Assembly (NCBI GenBank): GCA_002269645.1
Contig: NIVC01001409.1
Coordinates: 1-64,000, forward strand
Direction: 5' to 3'
Origin: Macrostomum lignano
Taxonomy: Eukaryota
Length of the DNA: 64,000 nt
Within the stretch, counting starts at the first letter, position 1, and each line of letters starts with the position of its first letter. Made by a program: the position numbers and the translations under genes. Below, in pieces: positions 12,627 through 24,140 of the stretch. Below the pieces are notes generated by a model. That model saw only the letters and a list, made by a program, of their open reading frames with translations. It did not search any database and was not told where the DNA came from.

Positions 12627-12923
12627 CCCTATTGCAGCCAAGGTCTGAACCACGCCGGACGCCCCCCTTTCCCGCGCCAGACATCTACTCGTACCGCGCC
12701 AGGGCCAGTCCCCAGGATCAGTGATTTGCTTCAATATAACCCTCTATGCCCCTCCTCACGTGTGCCCCGCACCCCTCTCCCATGCCCCCGCGCCACGCTG
12801 CCGCGCGCCGCCGCCACACGCCATGCCACCGCGTGCCACCGCCACCGCCGCGCGCCACGCCGCTGCCAGGCCAAAATCCGCGCCGGATGCCGTCCACAAA
12901 AATGGCCATTGGCTGCAATAGGG
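12627..12923. mobile_element. Non-autonomous DNA transposon (MITE), 297 bp
   Basis: Perfect 15-bp TIRs CCCTATTGCAGCCAA / TTGGCTGCAATAGGG; exact 8-bp flanking direct repeat ATGCTAAG (12619-12626, 12924-12931); GC-rich interior in AT-rich surroundings. Confidence 0.85.
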
Positions 12924-13010
12924 ATGCTAAGCTATGCTAAAAATTGCAAAATATCATTATGTATATTAAATGTTAAATGTAGACTAATAATTTAGGCTTA
13001 AATAATATTA

Positions 13011-13403
13011 CGAAGAGCTTGCGTGCACGGCCGCCATTCACGTAAGCTCAGAATTGCGTGCACGGCAGAGCTATATCTTATAGGCTTATACAGTAAGTCA
13101 TATACTATTCGAATTAATATTCAAGTTAACAAAAAAACAATGAATTAAGATTACATTTGCAGTCCATGGTGTACGGGGGATAAAACATTATAAAACAATA
13201 TAGTAAAAATATTTTTTAATCAGGTTTGCCAATGCCAATGCGTGGATTTAAGGGCCCCAGTCCCGGCCAATTGCCGGCTGCCGTGCATGCAATTACAACA
13301 CTAGGTGTACGGCTGCATACATGCAAATAAAGCACTAGGTAGATAGCCGCCGTGCACGCAATTCTGAGCTTACGTGAACGGCTGCCATGCACGCAAGCTC
13401 TTC
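13011..13403. mobile_element. Mutator-like MITE with ~60-bp TIRs
   Basis: GAAGAGCTTGCGTGCACGGC...TTCACGTAAGCTCAGAATTGCGTGCACGGC at the left end and its imperfect reverse complement at 13343-13403; 10-bp direct repeat AATAATATTA at 13001-13010 and 13404-13413. Confidence 0.75.
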
Positions 13404-13745
13404 AATAATATTAAGAGATTAATCATACTTTTTGGATTATATTATAGACTAGGCCTATATCTACATCTACATTTGGCCCTCTAGCTCTAGAAAAATAAGC
13501 CTAGAACTTAGAAGTTTATATAAATATCATTTGATATATTAAGCAAACAAAAACGAAGGCACGTAGGCATATAGGGGGACTAGGCCTGACTATAATAGGC
13601 CTAGGCTACACAATCAATCCATCCACATATACCATACTAAAAATGATTCGGCGGTATCTAGGTAGGCATGTGATTGATTTCAGAAAAATGCCTCAACAAA
13701 ACTTTCATAACACTTAAATTTCAGATCTCTCTCTCTGACTCTTAC

Positions 13746-13771
13746 CGTTCTAGATCTAAGCCAATGAAAAG
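13746..13771 (-). promoter_or_regulatory. Candidate non-coding first exon / 5'TOP start of UBA52
   Basis: Minus strand CTTTTCATTGGC...AACG followed by a GTAAGA donor at 13745; ribosomal-protein genes typically start at a C plus pyrimidine tract; the link to UBA52 is inferred. Confidence 0.35.
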
Positions 13772-14079
13772 TCTATAATTTATAAAATTACAAGCTGTTG
13801 AAACCCGCGGATTTTGAACCCGGGGAATTCCAATACCCGGAACTACTTTTGCATGTATTCTGAAGTCTAAGGCCATACACAAACAAAAACTTGTTAATAG
13901 TTAGTAGGATAGAGGTAGACATTAAATGGAGCACATTCGTGTAAAATTAGGGTTTGAGACATTGTTGGCTGGGGTACTGCGCAGAATGTCAGGCAATGTC
14001 TGTCTGACTCTAAAACATATATTGCTAAACTCTGGTCTCTCCCTGACTCTCCCTACGTCCCTTGGATCCTTTAAAATTT

Positions 14080-14503
14080 CTATCGTCTCTTTGTTTCCTC
14101 TCATCTCTCTCGTCCCTCGTCTCTCCTCTCTCCTCTCTCCCTTTTCCCCTCTTCTCTCGTATCTTCCCTCATCTCTCTTCTCTTTCATCTCTCTTATCTC
14201 ATCTCTTGTCTCTTCTTTTCTCTCCCCTCTCCTCTCTCCTCTCTACTTTTTCGTTTTCTCTCTTCTCCTCTCTCTCCTCTCTCCCCTCTTCTCTCGTCTC
14301 TTCTCTCACCTCTTTCCTCTCTCTTTCCTCTCATTTCTTTTCTTGTTTTATCTCTTCTCTCTCCCCTCGTCGCTCGTCTCTTCCCTCACCTCTCTTCTCT
14401 CTTGTCTGCGTTTTTATCTCTCCTTTCTCTTCTTTTATCTTTTCTCGCTTATCTCTTCTCGTTTCTCTCTGCTCTGCGCTCTCTCTCTCTCTCTCTCTGT
14501 CTC

Positions 14504-14553
<50 letters not shown>

Positions 14554-15360
14554 TCTCTCATCTCTCCTCTCCCATCTCTCTTCTCCTCTCTACTCTCTCC
14601 CTTCTTCATTCTCCTATTTCCTCTTCTGTCTCCTGTCTCTCCTCTCTCCTCTAGTTTCTGTAATCTCTTCTCTCTTATCTCTCCTCTGTTCTCTCTACTC
14701 TCCCATCTCTCGTCTGTTCACCCTCATCTCTGCTCTCTCATCTGTCATCTTTACTCTCTAATACGTTCTCTCACTTATCTCCTCTGTACTCTTCTCTTTC
14801 ACCTCTTCTGACTCCTCTCTTTCATTACTCCTCTCTTCTTTTCTCTTCCCTCTTCTATACTCTCTCTCTCCTCTATTATCTTCTCTCGTCTCTCTGCACT
14901 CTCCTCTCACCTTTTTCATCTCTCATCTTTACTTTCTCATCTCTCCTTTCATTTGTCTCATCTCTACAATCTCATCTCTCCTTTCTCCCCTCTTCTTACA
15001 CCCCTCTCTTATCTCTATCTCTTCTCTTCTCACTCCTCTCTCCCCCTCTTATCTCCTCTCTTCTCTATCCTTTCTACTCTCTCCTCTCCTCTTGACCCTC
15101 TGTCATCTTATTTCTGCTCTCTCATCTCTACTCTCTTCTCACTCTTCTTTACTCTCCTCTCATCGATCCTCTGTCTCATCTCTCCCCTCTTCTCACCTTT
15201 ACTCTTTCCTCTCCCTCCTTTCTCCCCTCCTCTCGCTTCTTCCTCACTTCTTCTCTGCTCTCTCCTCACCACTTGTCTCTCCTCTTATCTTCCATGTTTT
15301 CTCTAATCCCCCTCTCGCCTCTCCTCTCTTCTAATAGTCTATTCCTTCTCCTTTCCACTC
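14080..15360. repeat. ~1.3-kb degenerate polypyrimidine (CT-rich) tract
   Basis: Direct reading; near-pure (CT)n core around 14478-14550. Confidence 0.95.
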
Positions 15361-16317
15361 TCATCTGGCCCGCACATGAGCTGGATTCTTTATCTGGCTT
15401 TTGAAGTAAAAGTCTGCCGATCCCTGCTTCGAAAGCCAGTTTGTGGGACGTACTACTCTCATCGTTGTTCTCATGCTTTGATCACGTCATCTTTCTTGCC
15501 AATTTGCAGCCCTGAAAGGAATTTGTGTAATCTTCAGCTCCACTGCAGTCTGGACTCTGGATCAGTCTAACAACCAAGGAAATACGCATTTCTTAGGAGG
15601 CCATTTAAAATTTACACACTACCTTTAAAAGAAACCTAAAATTTCCATGGTGTGGCTAATTTAGTAGGGTTGTATTGCACTGCATTGCCTTTTCATAAAT
15701 CTTTCGCTTTTACAAACCATGCTGGATTCCCTCGATTTGCCAATTGCCATCCACTGTTAAACTGCTGCAGAGTTTGCCAATACAGAGGGGAGGGCAGTGG
15801 TCTTATCTTCCATGTTTTCTCTAATCCCCCTCTCGCCTCTCCTCTCTTCTAATAGTCTATTCCTTCTCCTTTCCACTCTCATCTGGCCCGCACATGAGCT
15901 GGATTCTTTATCTGGCTTTTGAAGTAAAAGTCTGCCGATCCCTGCTTCGAAAGCCAGTTTGTGGGACGTACTACTCTCATCGTTGTTCTCATGCTTTGAT
16001 CACGTCATCTTTCTTGCCAATTTGCAGCCCTGAAAGGAATTTGTGTAATCTTCAGCTCCACTGCAGTCTGGACTCTGGATCAGTCAACAACCAAGGAAAT
16101 ACGCATTTCTTAGGAGGCCATTTAAAATTTACACACTACCTTTAAAAGAAACCTAAAATTTCCATGGTGTGGCTAATTTAGTAGGGTTGTATTGCACTGC
16201 ATTGCCTTTTCATAAATCTTTCGCTTTTACAAACCATGCTGGATTCCCTCGATTTGCCTATTGCCATCCACTGTTAAACTGCTGCAGAGTTTGCCAATAC
16301 AGAGGGGAGGGCAGTGG
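15283..16317. repeat. Near-identical tandem direct duplication, unit ~518 bp (15283-15800, 15801-16317)
   Basis: Copies match apart from a 1-nt indel (CAGTCTAAC/CAGTCAAC) and a substitution (GCCAATTG/GCCTATTG), found by eye. Confidence 0.9.
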
Positions 16318-16344
16318 TTAGAATTTCTCACTAAACTGTTATGG

Positions 16345-17115
16345 CTAAACGTAGCCTCTCCACTCTCGGGGTGCAGAGAAGGCTATAAATAAAGTTATTC
16401 CAAAACACTGTACATTTGCTATGTACATTCAGTCCTATCGCCTGACCCTTCGTCTGGCTCTGGGGGGAATGAGTGGAGTGAGTGAGCGGCACAAACAACA
16501 GAAAAAGCAGACAAACTTCACATGCTTACAGTTTCTGTCCTGATTGAGATACAGAGTTGAGACTTTACATGTAGGCAGAGAATGAGTCAATAAAGAATTG
16601 TGTCAAATTTGAAGTCAATCGCTTCACGTGGAGAAAAACTATGGCAGCTGAAAGTTAGTCAATTTTGAAACCCTTTTACACATCTGGGCCCAGATCGGTA
16701 TCGGGAAAGAGAGGCAGGCGGGCGGAGGTTGGGGTGGTTGCTACGCTGAAAAAAACAGCCTAACTTTAAAAGTGCACAGCACCGCTCAGGATTAACTTTG
16801 AGACTCAAAATTTTACATGATTGTGCCAAAATAGTTTAAGATTATCTGTGTCAAATTTGAAGAGAATCGGTAGAAGTGGAGCGGCGCTATGGAGGATTAA
16901 GTGAAAAAATCGCGCATTTTGAGCAGTTTTCTGTACTTTTAGGTAGGAAGACTTGAGTCTAGGAAATTTAAAGGTAGCCTAAGACATTCTCCGTAGTAAG
17001 TTTAGGGTGGGTGTAAAGTTTGGTGTAATTTGGTTGAGCGGTTTGGGAGTCCATAGCGATCAAAATTGTCCACACACACACACACACACAGAGTTTTGAT
17101 TTTTATAGGTAGAGA
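16345..17115 (-). mobile_element. Helitron/Helentron-like non-autonomous element
   Basis: Minus strand begins A|TCTCTACCTATAAAAATC followed by (TG)n, as in Lep1-type non-autonomous Helitrons; ends with hairpin AGCCTTCTCT...GAGAGGCT; no TIR/TSD. Confidence 0.45.
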
Positions 17116-18428
17116 TATAGCTGCTCAAGTTGAATTGCTTTTAAAAATTAATTCAACTGCCTACAGTAAAACAACAACTTAGGTAGTCTTTTAAGCCAGT
17201 GTAGGGCAAATAGAACATAATCAATGTAAAAAGCACTTTTCTACAAAATAATATTTTCGAGCCTTCACAGCGTCAGTTAGTGCGCAGTGCGTTATTGCGC
17301 TAAGCCAAGGAGTACTTATAAGTAGTCCTTGAAAGCAGCTGAAAAGCACCACACGCCAGGACTTAACTCATAACGTATAGTGCAACTGGGCAAGTGCATC
17401 TGGCTGTGCCTGTGGTAATTGATGGTTATTACTTATTGGACCTGGGCCTAGGGGCTGTGGCTAGCCCAGCTGTGGCCTAAACTAGGCCTAAACCCATTTA
17501 TCTAAATAATATGACTTAGTCTTCTTACACATGGGCTTAATCTACTTTCTACCTTGTCCTTAGCTTGGTCAGCCGAGGCGAGGGGCATATTAGGCTAATA
17601 TAATCTTAAATATTAGGCCTAGCTATTATTTGCTGCTGCTGGCATTAAGTTTAGTAGGCCCTATTTATTTAGTCTCGAACAATTATTAAAATGAGGATCA
17701 TAGGCCTATTCATACAATCATACATTAGAATAGAAAGTAGGCCTAGGCCTACTACTGGCCTAATACTAATAATAGGCAATAGCCAATAGGGGGTGTCTGG
17801 CATATATCTTATCAGATTAGAATTATGAAAAATAGAACTTTTAATTATGGACTATAGTCATAGACTTAGTAGCTTATGCTAGGTCTAAAGCCAAGGTTAG
17901 ATAGGATTGAATTTTAGTATTTAGGCCTAGCCTAGCCTTAAGTCTAGACTCTAGGATAGGATTGGGATCTTATCCTGATTCCTGCCTTGGTCTATGTCTA
18001 AACTCTATTCTAGGTCTAATTAGGCTTAAAATAAATATATTTTATCTTTCTTAAAGTTGAATTTGGATTGGTATAGCTATAGGCCTATATATTATATAAA
18101 TATTGATAAATAACAAGACTTAAGTCAAGAGCATTTTTATTAGTAAATTCAATAATGTTTAATGTTTAGTTTATTACTTAGCCTTAAACCTACCCTAATG
18201 TTAATAAGTTATAACTTTAGAATTAGAAATTAGGAAGTAAAAGAAATAAAAGAATAAAATTATATATTTAGTTTTAAAATTATGTATGTATTTGAAATAC
18301 TATAATAGGTAATATAATTTAATAAGTTTAATAATATATTATATTTTTTAGTTTTTTTCTTTTTTTTCATATAGCTAGGGTCTAGTTTTAAGTTTATTAA
18401 AACAAAAACTATTTATTTATGCATCAAA

Positions 18429-18471
18429 ATGAATAAGAAGAAACGCCAGTCAATGGTCCTTTCTGATTCTG
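18429..18471 (+). CDS. RFC1: Replication factor C subunit 1, exon 1 (probable)
   Basis: ATG at 18429, MNKKKRQSMVLSDS; GTATGC donor, phase 1. Confidence 0.6.
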
Positions 18472-18568
18472 GTATGCCTAAACATAACAATTATATTCTA
18501 TCATATTATGCTTTTAAATCATGCAGAGATATTTTTATTTTAAATCTTTGTTAACTTAATTTTTGTAG

Positions 18569-18688
18569 ATTCAGAATCGGAGAACTCAAGCCACAGGCAG
18601 GCTAAAAACTCAGAAAAAGCTTCAACCAGAGCCAAGCCATCTAGGAAGAAGCAGAAACAGCACCCTGAAACCATTTTTGTTGAGTCTG
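18569..18688 (+). CDS. RFC1: RFC1 exon 2
   Basis: tttttgtAG acceptor; open frame DSESENSSH...ETIFVES; GTAAGA donor, phase 1. Confidence 0.7.
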
Positions 18689-18784
18689 GTAAGACAGTTG
18701 GATTTGCTAAAATCAATCATGAAGCTAGAACCATTAATCAACTTGCTAGAATCATTATCACTCACATCACTAGAATAATCAATA

Positions 18785-19912
18785 ACATCACTTGAATCAC
18801 CAGTCACTGCTAGAATCATCAATCACATCGCTAGAATCATCAATCACATCGCTAGAATCATCAATCACATCACTAGAATCATCAATCACATCGCTAGAAT
18901 CATCAATCACACCGCTAGAATCATCAATCACATCGCTAGAATCATCAATCACATCGCTAGAATCATCAGTCACATCGCTAGAATCATCAATAACATCGCT
19001 AGAATCATCAATCACACCGCTAGAATCATCAATCACATCGCTAGAATCATCAATCACACCGCTAGAATCATCAGTCACATCGCTAGAATCATCAATCATA
19101 TCGCTAGAATCATCAATCACATCGCTAGAATCATCAATCACATCGCTAGAATCATCAATCACACCGCTAGAATCATCAATCACATCGCTAGAATCATCAA
19201 TCACATCGCTAGAATCATCAATCACATCGCTAGAATCATCAATCACACCGCTAGAATCATCAGTCACATCGCTAGAATCATCAATCATATCGCTAGAATC
19301 ATCAATCACATCGCTAGAATCATCAATCACATCGCTAGAATCATCAATCACACCGCTAGAATCATCAATCACATCGCTAGAATCATCAATCACATCGCTA
19401 GAATCATCAATCACATCGCTAGAATCATCAATCACACCGCTAGAATCATCAGTCACATCGCTAGAATCATCAATAACATCGCTAGAATCATCAATCATAT
19501 CGCTAGAATCATCAATCACATCGCTAGAATCATCAATCACATCGCTAGAATCATCAATCACATCGCTAGAATCATCAATCACATCACTAGAATCATCAAT
19601 CACATCGCTAGAATCATCAATCACACCGCTAGAATCATCAATCACACCGCTAGAATCATCAGTCACATCGCTAGAATCATCAATAACATCGCTAGAATCA
19701 TCAATCATATCGCTAGAATCATCAATCACATCGCTAGAATCATCAATCACACCGCTAGAATCATCAATCACATCGCTAGAATCATCAATCACACCGCTAG
19801 AATCATTAATAACATCGATAGAATCATCAATCACATCGCTAGAATCATCAATAACATCGATAGAATCATCAATCACATCGCTAGAATCATCAATCACATC
19901 GCTAGAATCATC
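18785..19912. repeat. 21-bp minisatellite CATCGCTAGAATCATCAATCA (RFC1 intron 2)
   Basis: Direct reading. Confidence 0.97.
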
Positions 19913-19947
19913 GTCAAAACGCTGTTTCCCCATTGCGCCGCTTCCAG

Positions 19948-20303
19948 ACGGCGAGGCCTCGCCGCCGCAGTCGCCCAGCAAGCGGCAAGGCAAGGCGGCC
20001 GGCGGTGCCAATAAGCAGGCCGGCTCATCCTCGGGCAAGAAGTCGGCGGCGGCTACAAAGAGTCCGAAGGCTGGCGGGCCGCCTGCGCAGAAGAACACTC
20101 TGGATAATTACTTCAGCAGGCTTGGAGGCGCTGCCGGTAATTCAGCCAAGCCAAGTGGCAGCGTTAGCGGCGGCGGCAGCAGCGCAGCTTCAGCCTCATC
20201 GGAGCGCGTGACAAAGAAGGTCAATCCGGCTGATTTTTTCACCAGCCCGCCAGCCAGCAGCTTGGCGCGCCAGAGTCCGACTGTTCAGTCTAAAAAAGCG
20301 TCT
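19948..20303 (+). CDS. RFC1: RFC1 exon 3
   Basis: cttccAG acceptor, phase 1; DGEASPPQSPSK...KNTLDNYFSR...KKVNPADFF; GTGAGT donor, phase 0. Confidence 0.8.
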
Positions 20304-20609
20304 GTGAGTCTCTTGGAATTTCTGCCAGCAACTTCTGCATAGGGCTTTCTTTTTTCCCCGTGTGACTAATAAGATGTGTGACTAATTCATCAAGCGATGC
20401 AAATGCGCTTCAAACACAACTACAGTGACTCTAGCGCCTTAAATACGACGAGTCTTTATACCGTCACCCCAGAGTCGCAGACAAAAAAACGCTTCAAAGT
20501 GACTCTTAGGCAACTTTTTGGTAACGATCTCGTCGTTTTACAGTCACTTCTTTCTTATTTTACATGTTATCTGCAACGACTCATTCATCCATTGTTTGGA
20601 TCCGGCCCT

Positions 20610-21005
20610 TGACCCATTAGATTCCTCTTGACTCTAATGAGATCCTCTTGACCCATGAGATCGTCCTCGATCCCCCCTTGGCTCATGGGATTGTCCTTGA
20701 CCTACCTGATCCCCCTTGACTCACGGGATCGTCCTTGACCTCCCTTGACTCATGGGATTGTCCTTGACCTACCTGATCCCCCTTGACCTCCCTTGACTCA
20801 TGGGATTGTCCTTGACCTACCTGATCCCCCTTGACTCACGGGATCGTCCTTGACCTCCCTTGACTCATGGGATTGTCCTTGACCTACCTGATCCCCCTTG
20901 ACTCACGGGATCGTCCTTGACCTCCCTTGACTCATGGGATTGTCCTTGACCTACCTGATCCCGCTTGACTCATGGAATCGTCCTTGACTCATACTCACTT
21001 CTTGA
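20610..21005. repeat. Composite CCTTGAC-module array (RFC1 intron 3)
   Basis: Direct reading: CCTTGACCTCCCTTGACTCATGGGATTGTCCTTGACCTACCTGATCCC repeats. Confidence 0.9.
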
Positions 21006-21079
21006 CTCAGACAGCGGCTTTGGGATTCAGGCTCTGAAGTGTCAAACTTTTGTGCATCGCAAATTCCCCCCCCCTGCAG

Positions 21080-21406
21080 ACTGCTTACGCGGAAGACCCC
21101 GACATCATCGAGGCGTCGTTTGTTGCTTCGCCGCCGCGGTCAGCGCGGAAATCGTCAGCATCCACCGCGGCGTCCTCGTCCGATTCTAGAGCGAAGCCCG
21201 GCCCAGCCCAGCATGAGAAGCCGCTCCTGACTCAGCAGCAGCAGCAACGCGGAAGCGAAGGTGCCTCCGCGCCGCAGCCACCTGCCGGGCCAGAGAAATC
21301 TCCGTTGAAACGGTCGGCAACAACGCCCGAGGCAAAGCGGTCCAGCTATCTGGCTTACCTGCATAGGGACGGGCCGAAACACCTGGGCGAATTGCGCCTG
21401 CCAAAG
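21080..21406 (+). CDS. RFC1: RFC1 exon 4
   Basis: ccctgcAG acceptor; ends YLAYLHRDGPKHLGELRLPK, like RFC1 YLNREGPKALGSKEIPK; needs the phase-0 GC donor AAG|GCAGGT. Confidence 0.85.
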
Positions 21407-21524
21407 GCAGGTGGATAGTTATTTAAAGTTTTATTGATCATAGCTGCTTTGTGCGGCTCGTAAGATTTGGTCGCAGCTCTCATAGATCCTTCACCGCAAC
21501 TCTCTCGGATACCGAAGCCATAGC

Positions 21525-22292
21525 CCTCCCAAATCCCTAAGATTCCACCCTTCCAGATCCCAAACATTCCACCCTTCCAGATCCCAAACATTCCACCCTT
21601 CCAGATCCTTAAGATTCCACCCTTCCAGATCCCAAACATTCCACCCTTCCAGATCCCTAAGATTTTAACCTTCCAGATCCCTAAGAGCCCCTTCCAGATC
21701 CCTAAGATTCCACCCTTCCAGATCCCATCCACCCTTCCAGATCCCTAAGATTCCACTCTTCCAGATCCCTAAGATTCCACCCTTCCAGATCCCTAAAATT
21801 TTAACCTTCCAGATCCCTAAGATTCCACTCTTCCAGATCCCTAAGATTCCACCCTTCCAGATCCCTAAAATTTTAACCTTCCAGATCCCTAAGATCCCCT
21901 TCCAGATCCTAAACATTCCACCCTTCCAGATCCCAAAGATTCCACCCTTCCAGATCCCAAACATTCCACTCTTCCAGCTCCTAAACATTCCACCCTTCCA
22001 GATCCCAAAGATTCCACCCTTCCAGATCCCAAAATTTAAACCTTCCAGATCCCAAAATTTTAACCTTCCAGATCCCTAAGATACCCGTCCAGATCCTAAA
22101 CATTCCACCCTTCCAGCTCCTAAACATTCCACCCTTCCAGATCCCTAAGATTCCACCCTTCCAGATCCCTAATATTCCACCCTTCCAGATCCCTAATATT
22201 CTACCCTTCCAGATCCCTAATATTCCACCCTTCCAGATCTCTAAGATTCCACCCTTCCAGATCTCTAAGATTCCACCCTTCCAGATCCCTAA
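21525..22292. repeat. 24-bp minisatellite CCACCCTTCCAGATCCCTAAGATT (RFC1 intron 4)
   Basis: Direct reading. Confidence 0.95.
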
Positions 22293-22332
22293 CCATATCA
22301 ACTCTCTTTACCCTAACGAATTCACCCCACAG

Positions 22333-23643
22333 GCGAAGCCAAACAGCCTCAGCGGCATGACAATCGTGGTCACTGGCGTGCTGGACTACGTCGAGAAGGA
22401 GGCCTGCGAAGCTCTGCTGCATCAGTGCGGCGCCAAGGTTACCAAAAGCGTCAGCAAGCGAACCAGCATGCTGGTGGTCGGCCGGGAGCCCGGAGCCAGC
22501 AAGCTGGACAAGGCCAAGCAGGCCGGGGTTCGCTGCTGCCCGGAGAAGGAATTCTACAGTTTCCTGTGCGAGAAGCTTGGACAGCCGCCAGAAGCTGATC
22601 CAGACGATGAGGCGGTGGAAATGATGGGCGTCGAACCCGGAGCTGGAACTGGAGCCGGCGCTGATCAGCGCAGCAATGGATCCTCGGGTGCTAGAGATGT
22701 GGAGCGCAGCGGAGGTGGCAGAAGCCACGCTGAGGAGCGCAGCGGCGGCGGCAGAAGCCAGGCTGAGGAGCGCAGCGGCGGCGGCAGAAGCCAGGCTGAG
22801 GAGCGCAGCGGCGGCGGCAGAAGCCAGGCTGAGGAGCGCAGCGGCGGCGGCAGAAGCCAGGCTGAGGAGCGCAGCGGCGGCGGCAGAAACCAGGCTGAGG
22901 AGCGCAGCGGCGGCGGCAGAAGCCAGGCTGAGAGGCGCAGCGGCGGTGGCAGAAGCCAGGCTGAGGAGCGCAGCGGCGGCGGCAGAAGCCAGGCTGAGGA
23001 GCGCAGCGGCGGCGGCAGAAGCCAGGCTGAGGAGCGCAGCGGCGGCGGCAGAAGCCAGGCTGAGGAGCGCAGCGGAGGCGGCAGAAGCCAGGCTAAAGAT
23101 CAGAGAGAGGGCGGGAAAGCCGGAGCGGAGGGCCAGCCGCAGCAGCAGCTGATGTGGGTGGACAAATACAAGCCGCGCTCGCTGAAGCAGATAATCGGCC
23201 AGTCTGGTCCGGCCAGCTGTGCCAGCAAGCTGGTGGCCTGGCTGTCCAGCTGGCACAGGCACCTGGCCAGCGGGGTGAAGCGCGGCGTGGCGCAGCCGTT
23301 TCAGCGCTTCAACAACGACGGCTCCGCCTTGAAGGCGGCGCTGCTGTCCGGTCCGCCCGGCATCGGCAAGACGACCACCGCCACTCTGGCCTGCAAGGAG
23401 CTCGGCTTCGAGTGCCTGGAGTTGAACGCCTCGGACACTCGCAACAAAAGATCTCTGCACGAGATTGTCGGCGAAGCGCTGGGCACCTTTTCTGTTGGCG
23501 CCATGTTCGGCGGCGGCGGTGGCGGAGGCGGCACCGAGGAAGGTCGCCGACGCTGCATCGTTATGGATGAGGTGGACGGCATGGCCGGCAACGAGGACCG
23601 GGGCGGAGTGGCCGAGCTCATCCAGCTGATCAAGGCCAGCCAG
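22333..23643 (+). CDS. RFC1: RFC1 exon 5: BRCT domain, repeat linker, AAA+ core
   Basis: BRCT (MTIVVTGVLDYVEKEACEALLHQCGAKVTKSVSKRT), LMWVDKYKP, Walker A GPPGIGKT, ELNASD, Walker B MDEVDGM; GTACGG donor. Confidence 0.97.
22700..23098 (+). repeat. Coding 33-bp minisatellite (EERSGGGRSQA, about 12 copies) inside RFC1 exon 5
   Basis: In frame between BRCT and the WVDKYKP box; no convincing splice sites around it. Confidence 0.85.
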
Positions 23644-23719
23644 GTACGGCGTGTACTTTTGTGAATTTTGCGGCGCACCTGGATCTCAAACCGAAGCTTT
23701 TCTATTGGGTCTGTCCTGA

Positions 23720-24008
23720 TGGCACCTGAATCTTGTCTACAAGCACCTGAATCTTGTCTACAAGCACCTGAATCTCCCCTAAAACACCTGAAGTTCTACT
23801 CAAACCCCTGAAGTTCTACTCAAGCCCCTGAAGCTCCACTACAACCCCTGAAGCTCCACTACAACCCCTGAAGCTCCACTACAACCCCTGAAGCTCCACT
23901 ACAACCCCCTGAAGCTCCACTAAAATCTCCTAAAGCTCAATTACAACCCCTGAAGCTCCACTAAACCCCCTGAAGCTCTACTACAACCCCCTGAAGCTCC
24001 ACTACAAA
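23720..24008. repeat. ~20-bp array CCCCTGAAGCTCCACTACAA (RFC1 intron 5)
   Basis: Direct reading. Confidence 0.92.
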
Positions 24009-24140
24009 CGCCTGCCCTGGATGTTCTCTGTCGGCCTCTAAATTTAATTTGTCACACCTGCTCCCAAACCTCTTAGACTCAGCCTAAACTGACTACTTAC
24101 AGGAGCTAAACGGCTAATTTTGCTAAATCATCTCTGCCAG

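Noticed and set aside
13926-15334. L/S/F-rich 'membrane protein' ORFs
   Set aside because: A CT tract cannot encode stop codons; the ORFs are compositional artefacts.
18792-19947. ESSITSL repeat read in frame into RFC1 exon 3 (516-aa ORF), and the antisense DDSSDVI ORF
   Set aside because: A 21-bp unit is open by arithmetic; a good phase-compatible acceptor at 19947 and an upstream donor at 18689 explain it as an intron.
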